This document shows, in pieces, positions 27,201-38,835 of a stretch of 64,000 nucleotides of DNA. The translations under genes and the position numbers were made by a program. The DNA is from Paraspadella gotoi (lineage: Eukaryota > Animalia > Chaetognatha): NCBI GenBank assembly GCA_051294375.1, contig CM119268.1, positions 20,254,531 to 20,318,530 of the forward strand. Direction: 5' to 3'. Below the pieces are notes generated by a model that had not been told where the DNA came from, did not search any database, and saw nothing but the letters and a program-made list of their open reading frames with translations. The stretch's first letter is position 1. Each line of letters opens with the position of its first letter.

Positions 27201-30200
27201 GTTCTAAATTATAGATCGCCTTTTTTATGATTAAATTTGGGTTTATGAAGCTGAAAATTTATATACAGCTTCTCATCATCGATGTGCTTAAAATTGGATT
27301 AGGACAGTTATTAAATGTTTTGTTTCGGTTTTAGTCAAAATAAACAATTTCTTCTGTTTTATTTTATTTTTATTCTCTCTCTTCTTTTCTCTTACTTATA
27401 TGTAGCTCTCTCTCTTTTCCCCAGTGCTCCAATTTTTTTTATCATTAAAATCCAAAGATTTTTCTCTTTAGTTAATTTTTTAAAAAGATAATTAACAATT
27501 ATTGCTTCAAAACATAGATATTTATTTACCGAGTATATTTTTTAAAGCAGTTCATCTGTACTTACCAGAAGTAGGGTAAAAATAACCGGAAGTAATGTCA
27601 AAGTAGCCGTAAGTAGTATTAAAATATCCCCTAGCAAAATAAATGAGCATTAAAAGACATAATTTTTGGAAAAATACAATTTAAAAAAGTTATATATTGA
27701 ACGGTTCCGTCACCAATTCAACAATAATTACTGTCTCTTCAGATTGTTTTTTAATTTTGTGTAAAATTAATTTCCAATATTAAATCGTTTGTACTCATTT
27801 ATTTATCTTATGATTATTTTGGGAGTACATATTTCAATACTGGAAAAATATATAATATATATATAATAATATAATGTATTGTGATAAGTTGTAATTAACT
27901 TTTTTAAATTGTTTTTTTCCAAAAATGATTCAAAGTGTTAAGCTTTACTGGAAAATATTTCGAAAGGCCACAAAGTAGTAATTGAAAAGAAAATAAAGAA
28001 AATAATAAACGTAATCTTGATATATATGTAGTCGGGCATTGCCTAGGTTCACCCCGCCTATAAGCATGACACCTTCAGTCGTGACCCGGTGGCTCATTGA
28101 GTAAAGCCATCAGCTCATGACCACTAGGTACTGGGTTCAATCCTGGGTCCTGGGCTTGAGGGTTTTCCACGCCCCCAAGGTGGCTTACGGCGTCCTCATG
28201 CTTCCCGCAGGGTAGGTACTGAGTTGGGATTGAACCCAGTACCTAGTGGTCATGAGCCACCTGGTCACGACTGAAGGTGTCGTGCTTATAGGCGGGGTGA
28301 ACCTAGGCAATGCCCGACTACATATATACAATGTAGACACATTTTTTCCGCTGAAAATTGTTATATAGTTATGAAAAAGGTGTCATTCTTTTCGTATTTT
28401 AGAGCTAAACAAAATAAAAGCATTTTAGTGCATTTTTTGAAATGTCTCGCCTTTCCCAGAGGCGATAATAATTGATTTTCAGCAATTTCTGATAAAATTT
28501 GTTTTACCTGTTATACTTAAATGTTACCCAAAATATTTAAACGTAATTTAAACCACCACGAACCGTTATTAGGAATTTTTAATGATATATTAAAACCGGA
28601 AATTAAGTTATTGCATGAATTTTTTCCTAAAAATGAAAAATTGAGATCACAGATTCAAATACTCTCAATTGTTACACGAAAACTGGTAAAGACCAAGTTT
28701 TAAAAAGTAAAATGATTTGATATTTTATGAAAAAAAAAATAAGTAAACAAGAGCCCTAGATGAGATCATGCAACCAAAATGGCCGCTCCCATTTTCTAGT
28801 TTAAAACTATTGCTTTGGGTTTGTTGCATCGATTCATATTGTTCAGGATTATGGGTAATTGCAAAGTTCATGTCACTTGCAAACTTGACTGAACATTCAG
28901 CGGCGTCATTGAGCGGAGAAAATTCTTTTACAAAGGCTTAGAAATTTGAATCAATTTGAAAGAAAAAGTGGCTCAAATCGTGTAATCTGTGAACAAATTT
29001 TTATGTTTTATTTATTTTTTTTTTATTTTACCCAATTGTTAAAACAAATATTGGACCTAGAAGAACAACCAAGACTATTTGGAAATAAATTCTTCCAGAT
29101 TACTATCATTTAAGTACAGTAGCATCCGTCTAGAATTTCTGAGACGGCAAGCTCTGTAACTCGAGTTCAAATGATAATTTTAAAGAGAGCTTTTGTCTTG
29201 ATATCGAGTACACATATGGCTACTCACCCTTCGGTAAGCCATTGCTCTACGACCAATTTTGGGACATCAGAACTTATTGTAGCTTCAGCCAGATTTGAAC
29301 CTGAAACCTTTTTGTAAGGATGAAATCCGGCGCGCTAAGCACTCGGCCAAATGATTTTACAAAAAAACTTGTACTACAAATTAAATTATATAAAGCTGTA
29401 GGTTCGCTTTTAATTTTTTTTAGGAAACAAAAAAATTCAATGTTCAAAGGCAGAGCTTTCGACATCTGAGTCCCAAGTTTCCCGATTCGTGACAGAACGT
29501 CGAAACGACGACGATTAATACGAAGAAGAAAGTGAATATCTGGCTTATTTTTAATGTTTGAAATTGAGGAAAAGTCAGAGGCAGTTGCCTCTTTAAGCCG
29601 CGACGTTGAACATTTTCACGTTGCTTTTAAGGTGTTTTATTAAGTGTTTAATTATTGATTAATTAATTGACTTATTAATTAACTGATTATTTGATTAATT
29701 AATAGATCTTGCATTTACATTTAATATAAAAATAAAAAAAACGTAATAAATTAGTGAAACACGTTTTTTTCCATTTAAACTCATTTCCACTCAAACGATT
29801 CCATCGAAACTTGATTTCCAGCTTAATCACACACTTTTCTACCCACATACAAAATTTCAAGTCAATCGTCCCATCCACTCATGAGTAATTGGTGTTCAAA
29901 TAGTGAAATATATTTTTTTTCCAATTAAACTCATTTCTACTCGGACGATTCCATCGAAACTTCATATCCAGCTCAATCAGACACTTCCCTACCCACACAC
30001 AAAATTTCAAACAATATTTTTATGTTATATTTTTAAACGGTTAGCAATTGGGTTAAGATTAGGGGTGTTTAGGGTTAGGGATTTGTAATAAGTTTTTTTA
30101 CCCTTACCAGTATTTTTTTTATTTTTGCGTAGCGAGATTTCTATACGTTGCTCATAAGAAGCGGAAAAAAAAATAACCGACCTCAAAATGTCGGTCGGCG

Positions 30201-31415
30201 AATGTAAAAATAAGCCAAAAATTTTTTTCAAAAAATATTACCTAATTATCCTAACCCTAAACCCCTTCCTAACCCTAAATCACTCTTAACCCTAACCCCT
30301 TCCTAACCCCATTCGGCGAAAGTAAATGTAAGCCGCCCAACTAATCGCCCCGTCCTCTCCTTCCTACTCCCACCGACAGCCAACAAGCTGGACGCGTTCG
30401 GGGTGGCGCTCGCCGTCGTCTCCGGATGTCAGCTGCTGGGTATGAACGACGTGGCGCTCACGCTCTCCGAGGATCACGCCTGGGTCTCCTTTGGGCGAGA
30501 TCACGAGAGTACTTGCGAGGTCACGTGGCACGGTAAAGCCGGGTGGTTATGTTGGGGTCGGTAGCGTTTCTTAAAGGGACTCGAAAATTGTAAACGGTCG
30601 ATTATTATTTGGCTATCACCAAATGTTTTCTCCTGCTCGTGATTTCCGATTATTAGGCAACTCTCTCTTCCTTGATCGAAATTCTACTCATCCTATGACC
30701 TCCTGAGTCATCTCTTACTTTGTTTATTGCAATATGGGGCGAAAAAAAAAAAATTATAATGCTGAATGCTCTTTTTATCTTTTTATTCCGCTGGTGGGCG
30801 ACATCTCTTCTTTCTTTTCCATTTAGGAAAAGGAACAGAAGACAAACGCGGGGAATCGACCGGGGAGGCCGTGCTCTCCAAGTGTTGGCTCTATCTCTCT
30901 GGAAAATCTATTGTGTGTTCCCGACACCAGGAGGTGAAGAGAATTGCTAGTTATTAGAAAATTTGGACTGCTAATTTTGGACTACGAATTATTAAAGAAT
31001 TTTGTCTGCACGATTACATACTCTTTGAGGTAGAGGTTAATGTATTGAAACAATTCTGACAAGGTAGGTTGTCCTTGTTTAAGGGTTAGTCCGTAAAAAT
31101 AACAAGTTAGGGTCGCACCCTGGTATGAAATCTCCTTGACGCGTTGGGAAAAAGGAGGAAAAATGTCAAAACGATTATGAAAAAATGTTTTTTTCTCCGT
31201 GTCAGGCTACGTCAGCAAATGGCCGCGGGCACGTTTTGAATTAATGAGTTCCCTTTTAATCTCAGGTGGCCGCCATCGTATCTTCCATCAACCCTTCCAT
31301 AAACGCAACGACCGACAGCTTGGAACTCAGCATATTGCAACAGGTTTCTTTGGAGGCGAGGCGGTTTTATGGTCTTTCTTTGACGATTGCAAGCAAGCTT
31401 AAGAGAAGGAGAGAG

Positions 31416-31452
<37 letters not shown>

Positions 31453-34400
31453 AGAGGAAGTGGTTATTCGGGAATGTAACAGGTCCATGTGGGTCGAGGG
31501 GAAGGTCGTCACAAAACTGATAATTAAATATTTTGGAAAAAAAAAAATTATGTTTATTAACTAATTTTCAGTTTAGCTTTTTGGGTTTTGTTCTGGTTAC
31601 GAAATAGTTAGTCGTTTTCATGTTTTTCTTTTATGTGATAAACGGTATTATATCGCCTACTTGCTTTTAAATGATCATCACTCATAGTACAATATAACTC
31701 GAGTATGACAGAGCCGAAATCGGTCAATACTTCGTCACATGGTAACCCCGTGATGCGATCACGTTTCTAAAAAGAAAATTTAGAAACACCGTGTTAGCGC
31801 CATTTCTTGTTTCAGGAACTGTTGTGGCTGCTCTACGACATGGGCCATTTGACCCGATATCCCATGGCGTTGGGAAATCTTGCGGATCTCGAAGAGTTCG
31901 CCCCTTCCCCAGGCCGGTTGTTGCCGGTGGAGCTCTACGAAAAAGCGGTACTTGTCGATGTCGTGCGCATTTCATTAAAAATCTTCGTTTGCTTCATCTT
32001 GATATGTTTGTCTTTCCCATCGGAATTCCGATGCCAATCCTCGTCATTTTTTTAAATTGTGACAATGAAATTCAAACCTTCTTTTTTGTTTTTATGGTTC
32101 GCCGAGCCTCCTTTTTTATACATATCTATATATCTATACATATCTGGAGAGACAGTAATTACTATCTAGGAAAAAAGTATATAACATAATTCATTTATTC
32201 AATAAAAAGTATACAAAGCATGGGTAAAATATTCTCAATATTTGGTATATCCTTCTTCGGCATCGACTACTGCCTGCATTTTTTTTGGTATGCTCTTATA
32301 CAGCAAATTAAAGTATGACAGTGAAATGTTTTTCGACATCTTTAACGCAATTCTTCTCGGCCCCGATGTTAATGTTGCCCATCTTTCCCTCTTTTCTGAG
32401 AGCTATAATAACATTTTTTTGAACCAGAAAGAGGTGTAATGCCTTTAGTATCGCCAAATTAAAAAAATATTAAAAAAATAACTAACTCTATTTAAAATAA
32501 AAACATCCTGAATTTCCTTTCTTTTCGTTGTGGTTGCGTATTGGAAGACGTTTTTAATGCTTTTTTTTTCTACAACGACTTTATTTGTAAAAAATAAAAG
32601 TCGTAGAAAAACATTAAAAACGTCTTCCAAATAAAAACAAATAATTAAATACCAAAAATGGTGGAAAACTAAATATAATTTTTTTCGCCATTTTTCATTT
32701 GAAGTAATATTTTTTTTGTCTGAAACTTCTAAACGATTTGATCTACAAAAAAATTGAAGGAAGTTACTGAAAGGAAATTCAATGTAGATTCGGAAACATT
32801 ATATATTTTTTTTAAATTAAATAATTTTTCGAGTAGATATCCTTTATTAAAAATGTCATATACTTTTTTTCTAGATAGTATTGTTATGAGTTAATGACAG
32901 AACCGTTCAATATAAGCAGTCCCTTAACTTCGGATCAGGCTGTAACACCGTGTAACAGACTGGTTAAGCGCCCGTCCCTCTTAATTACTAGGCTACCACC
33001 GGGCTAGAACCTCGGACCTTTGGGTTCGGAGTCGAATGACTTGCCTCCTGCACCAATGGCCGCTGATGAACGGTTGGTGGATTTTAGTCCACCATATACA
33101 GAAGGCTTCATATTATAAAGTGAGGTACAATGGCAACAGCCGGGTTGCCTGTGATGCCCATTAGGACGGGGCACTTCACTGTTGGCTTTGGGGACTTCCG
33201 ACCCTCAGTGACGCCCAAAGGACGGTCTCGCTTCAACGCAAAGGGAAGTTGTTAGGACTGTGATGGAACACAACGCCTGGGATGGTGTGTTCCCCCTCTG
33301 AGTCAATGGAATTGCCTGAACGATGGTGGATGTGAGGCAGTGTGAATATATCGCCAAAGTACCCCTTTTTTGTGACCAGAACACGTTCCGAGAAAACTAC
33401 TGAATAGATTTTAATGAAATTTGTTATGAACGATCCCTACAAATAGAACTATCGAGGCGAATTTCAATATTTGACCCCTGAGCCGAGATATCGGCCCCAG
33501 GAGGGGTCACCCATTGGGGCAAAAAATGTTCAAAAATTTTTTTTCTAATTTCTTAAATTTTTTGTTTTGTCGTTTACTCTTCCACCAAAACATATTTATT
33601 ACCACAAAAATATTAATTTACTTTAAGTTTCAGCTTCATGAACATCAGCGGTTCAAGTCAGATTTGGAATAATGCATCTTCAAACACCGATTAATTAGCA
33701 AAAAATTTATCAATTTTAGTTTTAAAAAAAATTTTGCAGGAATAAGTTTGATTTGTTTGTGACAACGATTTGTTTTATGAAATTGGTACAACCAATATAA
33801 AAATTATCCATTCATTTAATAAATAAGCTATCTTGCCCCTGACTTTGGACAGGCTTTGGTGGTTTAAGGCCTCCATCACTCTTACAAGATAATGACATAG
33901 CAGGTCCCTGCAAGTTTTCAATCAAGACTCTTTCACAGTCTCGTTTATTCACTCCCAGAGTACCTGGCTTCCCTATCAATGAAGTGGAAAATATTTCAAA
34001 GAATGTTTCAATTGTATGAAAAGACCACTCCCTTAAGTATTAGATCGGGGAATACTTATTGTACTCCGCACTAGCATCAAAATACAAGGAGCTGAATTTT
34101 ATGAATTTTATTTTTTTTTAGTTTAGAAACGGACATGTTTCGGCTTTCAATACAAGCCTTCTTCAGCGTTGACAAATCTGTCACAAACAAATCAAACTTA
34201 TTTCTGCAAATTCCTAAAGCAACGAAACGAAAGGATTACACAATAATAAAAAAGATTTATATATGTTTAAGACATCGATGAAATAAGGGGCCCTGTATCT
34301 CTTGTCATGGGTTGAATATCAAAATTTGCTTCGATAGTTCCATTTATATGGTCATTAGGACTCTATATGTAAAATTTCATAACATTTGATCAGGTAGTTT

Positions 34401-36261
34401 GGTGGGAACATATTCTGTTCACAAAAAAGGAGTACTATGGCAACAGCCGGGTTGCCTGTGATGCCCATTGGGATGGGGCATCTCACTGTTGGCTTTGGGG
34501 GCTTCCGACCCTCAGTGACGCCTCCAGTCACTGGCGCGGTTACCCTAGGACGGTCTCGCTTTGCCAACGCAGAGGGAAGTCGTTAGGACTGTGGATGGAA
34601 CACTACGCCTGGGATGGTGTGTTCCCCCTCTGAGCCAATGGATTTGGCTGACGGATGGTGGACGTGAGGCGGTGTGAATATACCGCCACAGTACCTCATT
34701 TTATAATATGAAGCCTTCTGCATCCATTATTAATCTTATCACAAATTGAATATTGCTTTCTCGCCCCTTTTTTTTCATCTTTAAGATCCAAGTGAACTGG
34801 GAATTCTTTGCCAATCATCACGTCTATCCATATACGTATTATGGTGGATACTTGTACCGAAACGCTCGGTACAAGGAGGCCCTCATTCAGTGGGCCAAGG
34901 CGGCGGACGTTATTAGCAGGTGAGCGAGCGAAAGCGCGTGAATCGTTACATCGCGAATATTAGTAGAATTAGTTCGTTTTTCTGTTTTGGAAATAAAATT
35001 AATCTTGGCCTAAAATTACATCGGTCATGATTTTGATAATTATTATCCATTATCCAACTAAAACTAATATATTTAGATTATATGGTTAAATAATCTTTTT
35101 TGTTAAAAGTTGCTAGATCTAGTTGACGATGAAACGGTGAGAAAGGTGTTTTGTGTGATAATATCCCCTCGCCTCGATTTCGCATAGTGACGAAGCTTAC
35201 TTCGCCCCGTCTATAAGCGCAAATAGCATAATGACTCGTGGCTGGATCCCCGAGTGAATAGAGGGCGCTTCTTCGCCTTTTGTTTGCTCATTTTTCGGAA
35301 ATTTTCCTCTCGTCTCGACAAATCCAAGATAATGTGTTCCTCTCCTCTCCATTCAACTCAGGTACAACTACAGTCGAGAGGACGAAGAGATTTACAAGGA
35401 ATTCTTAGAAATCAACAACGAACTCATTCCTCATCTCATCAAAATCGTCACCACGACGGAGAACAACGGTGGGTCGAAATCGCCTTTACCTCCCTTCTCT
35501 CGCTCGCCCTTACGTTTTCCCGTTCGTCGCTTATTGGTTTTTTATCCGTCACATCACCTTTTATCCGCCGCCTGTCGTTTCATCCGTCACCTTTTTTATT
35601 CCTCGAGAACTGCCAAGGGGGGGGGAGGGGCACCACCCATTTTCTCTTTTCTGTTATTTCCGCGCCATTATTCCATTTGTTTTTTCCCTCCGCGTCCCCG
35701 CCTAGTATTTTTTTTTTTTGTCCCCCTTTTCGCTTCCTCACCTTTCGAAAAAAAAGGCTTTCGCGACTTACCATTTTCCGTTTCAGTTCTTTCTTCCAAA
35801 TTTTTCTTTCACCCATTGCTTCCGCACAAAAACCAATTGCAATTTTTTTTTTCTCTCTCTTACTCCATTTATCTCTTTATCCCTCACTCTTTCTTCGCCT
35901 GATTACTGTAGCGATTAACAGCCTAGAATCGTTTCTTTTAATCGCTCGAACTATTATTTTAATTGTACGTTTTTCTCAAATAACTGTTAGTTTAGTTTTA
36001 CAGAAAGCATTCACGGCGCACAGCTCTCACTAAAGCAAGCAATCTCCATTTTCTTTTCTTTTTTTCAAGCAATTCCGATTCCCAATTCTTCCGCTAAGCG
36101 CGCGCCTTTCCTCCCTCTCTCTCTTGCTAAGTCCCGCCCTCTTTCCCCCTTTCAAGATTTCGAGTTGGACGGACAAGGCTCACCGAGATCGGTTGGCGCC
36201 GTTAGCCTGACGGGAGGAATTTTGCAAGACCCTCAGGTACTCCATGGAACCAAAACAAATG

Positions 36262-36311
<50 letters not shown>

Positions 36312-36876
36312 CAGGCAACTAGAGAAAGTTAACAAAAAGGAAGGAGAGAGTGTGTTGAAAGTAAACAAGAATGACACAAAGAAGTGAAAGAATTAGAGAC
36401 ACAAGATGAGGAGGAGCGAATTAGAAGATGGACAAACAAAAGACTTGAGGAAGAGACAGTTCAGGGGAGAGAAATAAAAAATCAGATAGAGAGACAGACT
36501 AATTCGGTCACATCTGCGCATACACATACGCGCACACAGTGAAAAAAACTGCGTGAGAGGAGGGATAGAGAAAGCGTCAGGGACTGTGTCTGACAGGCGC
36601 GCGAGTGAAAAACGCTACACTTTGAAACCTCAATAACCTTTGGAAAGCGTTTCTCGTCACTCCCCGCTCATCACCTCTTTCACTTCACAGGCCTACGGGT
36701 CTCTCCTCCAATTCTACGACGGGATTTGCCTCTGGGAGGAAGGCTCCTCCAATCCGGTTCTCCACGTCACTTGGGTCAATTACTTCGTCTTCTCCCTCCA
36801 AAAGTTCCACGAAAACGCCAGGAAGAATCTCCATATCGTTTTGGAAGACGACGACGAGGAGAGCAAATACGGGGAG
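21295..36876 (+). CDS. MEN1: Menin; 11 exons (479 codons) found, conserved C-terminal part not found
   Basis: Exons 21295-21474, 22171-22281, 24407-24575, 30380-30532, 30827-30933, 31266-31343, 31816-31947, 34786-34919, 35362-35468, 36157-36236, 36691-36876 are in phase. Motifs [70 protein letters not shown] and [12 protein letters not shown] match menin. Confidence 0.95.
22308..24254. mobile_element. Degenerate hAT-type MITE with nested HINE-A and a ribozyme-bearing palindrome
   Basis: Ends CAGGGTGGGCA / TGCCAACCCAG, sub-terminal AAAAAACCC motifs, 8-bp flanks AACCTAAC vs GACCTCAC (6/8). Confidence 0.6.
23182..23331. repeat. Inverted duplication containing decayed hammerhead sequence (Penelope pLTR-like)
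   Basis: TTGACAAAG...CAGACATGTTTTGACTTGCTTTACAAGC mirrored by GCTTGTAAAGCAAGTGGAAACATGTCTG...CTTTGTCAA. The minus strand reads CTGAAGAAGGCTTG-TAAAG-CAAGTC-AAAACATGTC, with G12 mutated. Confidence 0.75.
28027..28322. mobile_element. Foldback element with long TIRs and an internal tRNA-like (CAT loop) segment
   Basis: TGTAGTCGGGCATTGCC...GGCAATGCCCGACTACA flanked by TATA on both sides; the arm carries TGGCTCATTGAG (A-box-like) and GGTTCAATCC (B-box). Confidence 0.8.
30050..30335. repeat. Degenerate TTAGGG/CCCTAA telomere-like repeats inside a small interspersed element
   Basis: TTTAGGGTTAGGG at ~30068; CCTAACCCTAA units at 30249-30310, flanked by the repeated TCGGCGAA(T/A)GTAAA..TAAGCC. Confidence 0.5.
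31418..31451. repeat. (GT)n microsatellite
   Basis: Uninterrupted GT run after a GA run. Confidence 0.95.
32885..33096 (-). mobile_element. tRNA-derived SINE-like repeat (same family as 11900)
   Basis: Reverse complement of the 11900 and 51092 elements. Confidence 0.7.
33129..33358 (+). mobile_element. Structured ~255-bp repeat, internally deleted copy with GTAC TSD
   Basis: GTAC|AATGGCAAC...CGCCAAA|GTAC. Confidence 0.85.
34127..34170 (-). ncRNA. Minimal type I hammerhead ribozyme
   Basis: Minus strand: AACG-CUGAAGA-A-GGCUU(GUAUUGA)AAGCC-GAAAC-AU-GUC^CGUU. Stem I AACG/CGUU; palindromic stem III ACAUGU. Confidence 0.8.
34436..34690 (+). mobile_element. Structured 255-bp repeat, full-length copy with GTAC TSD
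   Basis: GTAC|TATGGCAAC...CCGCCACA|GTAC; several internal hairpins. Confidence 0.85.
36265..36307. repeat. (GA)n microsatellite
   Basis: Uninterrupted AG run in menin intron 10. Confidence 0.95.
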
Positions 36877-38639
36877 GTCAGTCTCTTTCCTTCGGCGAGG
36901 AGGATTTTCTTTTTATTGGGGGGGGCGGGGGGACTGAGGAGTATTGGATGAAGATGGGCTGAAATTTCTGGAGTAAGTGAAGTTTTCTTCTCTCGATACA
37001 TAGTAGTGAAGGTATGAAATTCGACGAAGCACAAATGGTTTTCGGAAAATAGTGCCGGTGTTTGCCAGAGGCTGTGTGGAAACGAATATAAATTGGCATC
37101 ATAACTGAGAAATGTTAGTTAGCACGTAAGATTGAGAAACAGGAGTTGCAATGTATGGTGAACGCGACGGGCGATGCTGGTATTCAAGCTTGGTCGGTGA
37201 ACTGTCAGTGGCAGGTGCGCCTCGGACGGGCAAATTAGCCGCACAGCAGAAATAGTGGAGGAGCGAAGAGGGAAAGGGCGTTGAAATAAGGAGGGGAGAA
37301 AAAAAGCGCCGGGGATTAATGTTAAGGGAATTAAAAGCGAAGGGGAAAGATAAAGCAGAGAACGTACTGCCCGATTTTGAGCCAGGCAACATGGGGGCAC
37401 GGGGGGGGGGGACGCCACTGCTAAAGGGATTAAAGTCCCGGGAAAGCGGAAAAGCCATTCGATTCTCAATATTTGCATCCTTTCCTCGTGTTTTGGGCGG
37501 CGGGGACGGCGTCAGCGTGATGGGAAAGGAAATTCATAGTCGGAAATCCCCGACGTCGATTCCGGCTTTCGATGGCCGGGGGGGGGAGAAGCATTAGGAG
37601 GAATGTGAGATGGGGAGGAAAGAAAAGAGATATGGAGGAATGGAAAGATGGAAGGGAAGAAAACTGAAAAAAGTAGATAGTTTCAACTTTTGTGTGAAAG
37701 AAACGATAAAAAATATAACTTTAAATAAAAGTGACTGAAATTATCCCTTATAATAATGACCCGAGTGAACTACTTTTCGGTAAATTTTTATGATGAAGAT
37801 AGTCTGTAATAATTTACCACTATCGAAACTAAGAATAGTTAAGAAAATTTTAACCGCTTACCTGAAACCCCTTGTCGGTATGGCGACGTCATCCGAATCC
37901 TCGCTTATCGTCCTGAATGGTTTGGATTATTTTTAAACAAATGATGTTGGAAACCGACTCCGCGCGGAATCTCAGGCTCTCAGCAACCTGGCACACTGCA
38001 CTGGGCCACACTCAACTAGGGATTTAATGTGGAAATTGAGAAAAAGGAAAAAAGTGGGGTTGTGGGTAGGACTAAACAACCTTAGTGCAAATTTTCGACG
38101 TTCTTAAGCAGGTTACGTCCTGGAAAAATATTGTGTAATGTCCCGTTTTATTAATCGGCATGAAAAGCTAAAGAGTGCCATCGGGTTATCATGGAGCGAG
38201 TGGCTGTCAAGCATGGAAAAGAGAGCGAGGAATTAGACCAGATTCGACAGTAGACGTCTGAGTTTTCTTACGAGAGTTGACTTTTTTTGATGGATGACAT
38301 TTATTACTTTTAGATGCAAGGGCAAAGAAAAAAAGAAAAGGCTTAAAATTTTCCTTCGTGTGAGCGGATTTAGATTTTTGCAAACAGAGAAAGTTACTTT
38401 TTTGTGATTTTTTTCTTTTTACTCAAAACTGAGAATTTTCGCGGCGAAAGAAATTGGGTCTTGGGTTTTCACCGCTATTCCAGCAGAAACCCGCTTCGAA
38501 ATAATTAGAGATCAGACGTTTCAAATCCCGAGAGAACAGCATGAAGCCAATCAGTTCCTGGCTTTTGGCGAAAAAGCACAATGATCAAAATATACCAAGA
38601 TCTTAAAAGCATAAGGATCGAGCCTGAAAGTAATTGATT

Positions 38640-38835
38640 ATTGATGCGATGGTAACCAATTATTGATGCGATGATAACCAAATATTGATGCGATGATAAC
38701 GAAATGATTGATGTGATGATAACCAAATGATTGATGTGATGATAACCAAATGATTGATGCGATGATAGTCATTCATTGATGCGATGATAGTTATTCATTG
38801 ATGCGATGATAGTCATTCATTGACGCGATGAATCA
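38640..38835. repeat. ~21-23-bp minisatellite (ATTGATGCGATGATAACCAAAT-like)
   Basis: About nine tandem degenerate units. Confidence 0.85.

Larger units (their letters stand above)
33099..34720. mobile_element. Tc1/mariner-type MITE with long TIRs, each interrupted by the structured repeat
   Basis: TA-CAGAAGGCTTCATATTATAAAGTGAGGTAC mirrored by GTACCTCATTTTATAATATGAAGCCTTCTG. Inner TIR continuations 33359-~33500 and ~34287-34435 are reverse complements. Confidence 0.75.

Noticed and set aside
28082-28155. Functional tRNA-Met gene
   Set aside because: Acceptor and T stems pair poorly and it sits in a foldback repeat; treated as a tRNA-derived fragment.
30050-30335. True telomere or chromosome fusion site
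   Set aside because: Only a few degenerate units embedded in an interspersed-repeat context.
33060-33095. Hammerhead core CTGATGA in the SINE
   Set aside because: No GAAA/UH arrangement; it is simply the antisense SINE head.
35254-36033. 259-aa ORF as a separate gene
   Set aside because: Off-frame overlap with menin exon 9 plus pyrimidine-rich intron; low-complexity Phe/Leu/Ser translation.
38640-38835. CRISPR-like or iteron array
   Set aside because: Plain degenerate minisatellite without spacers.
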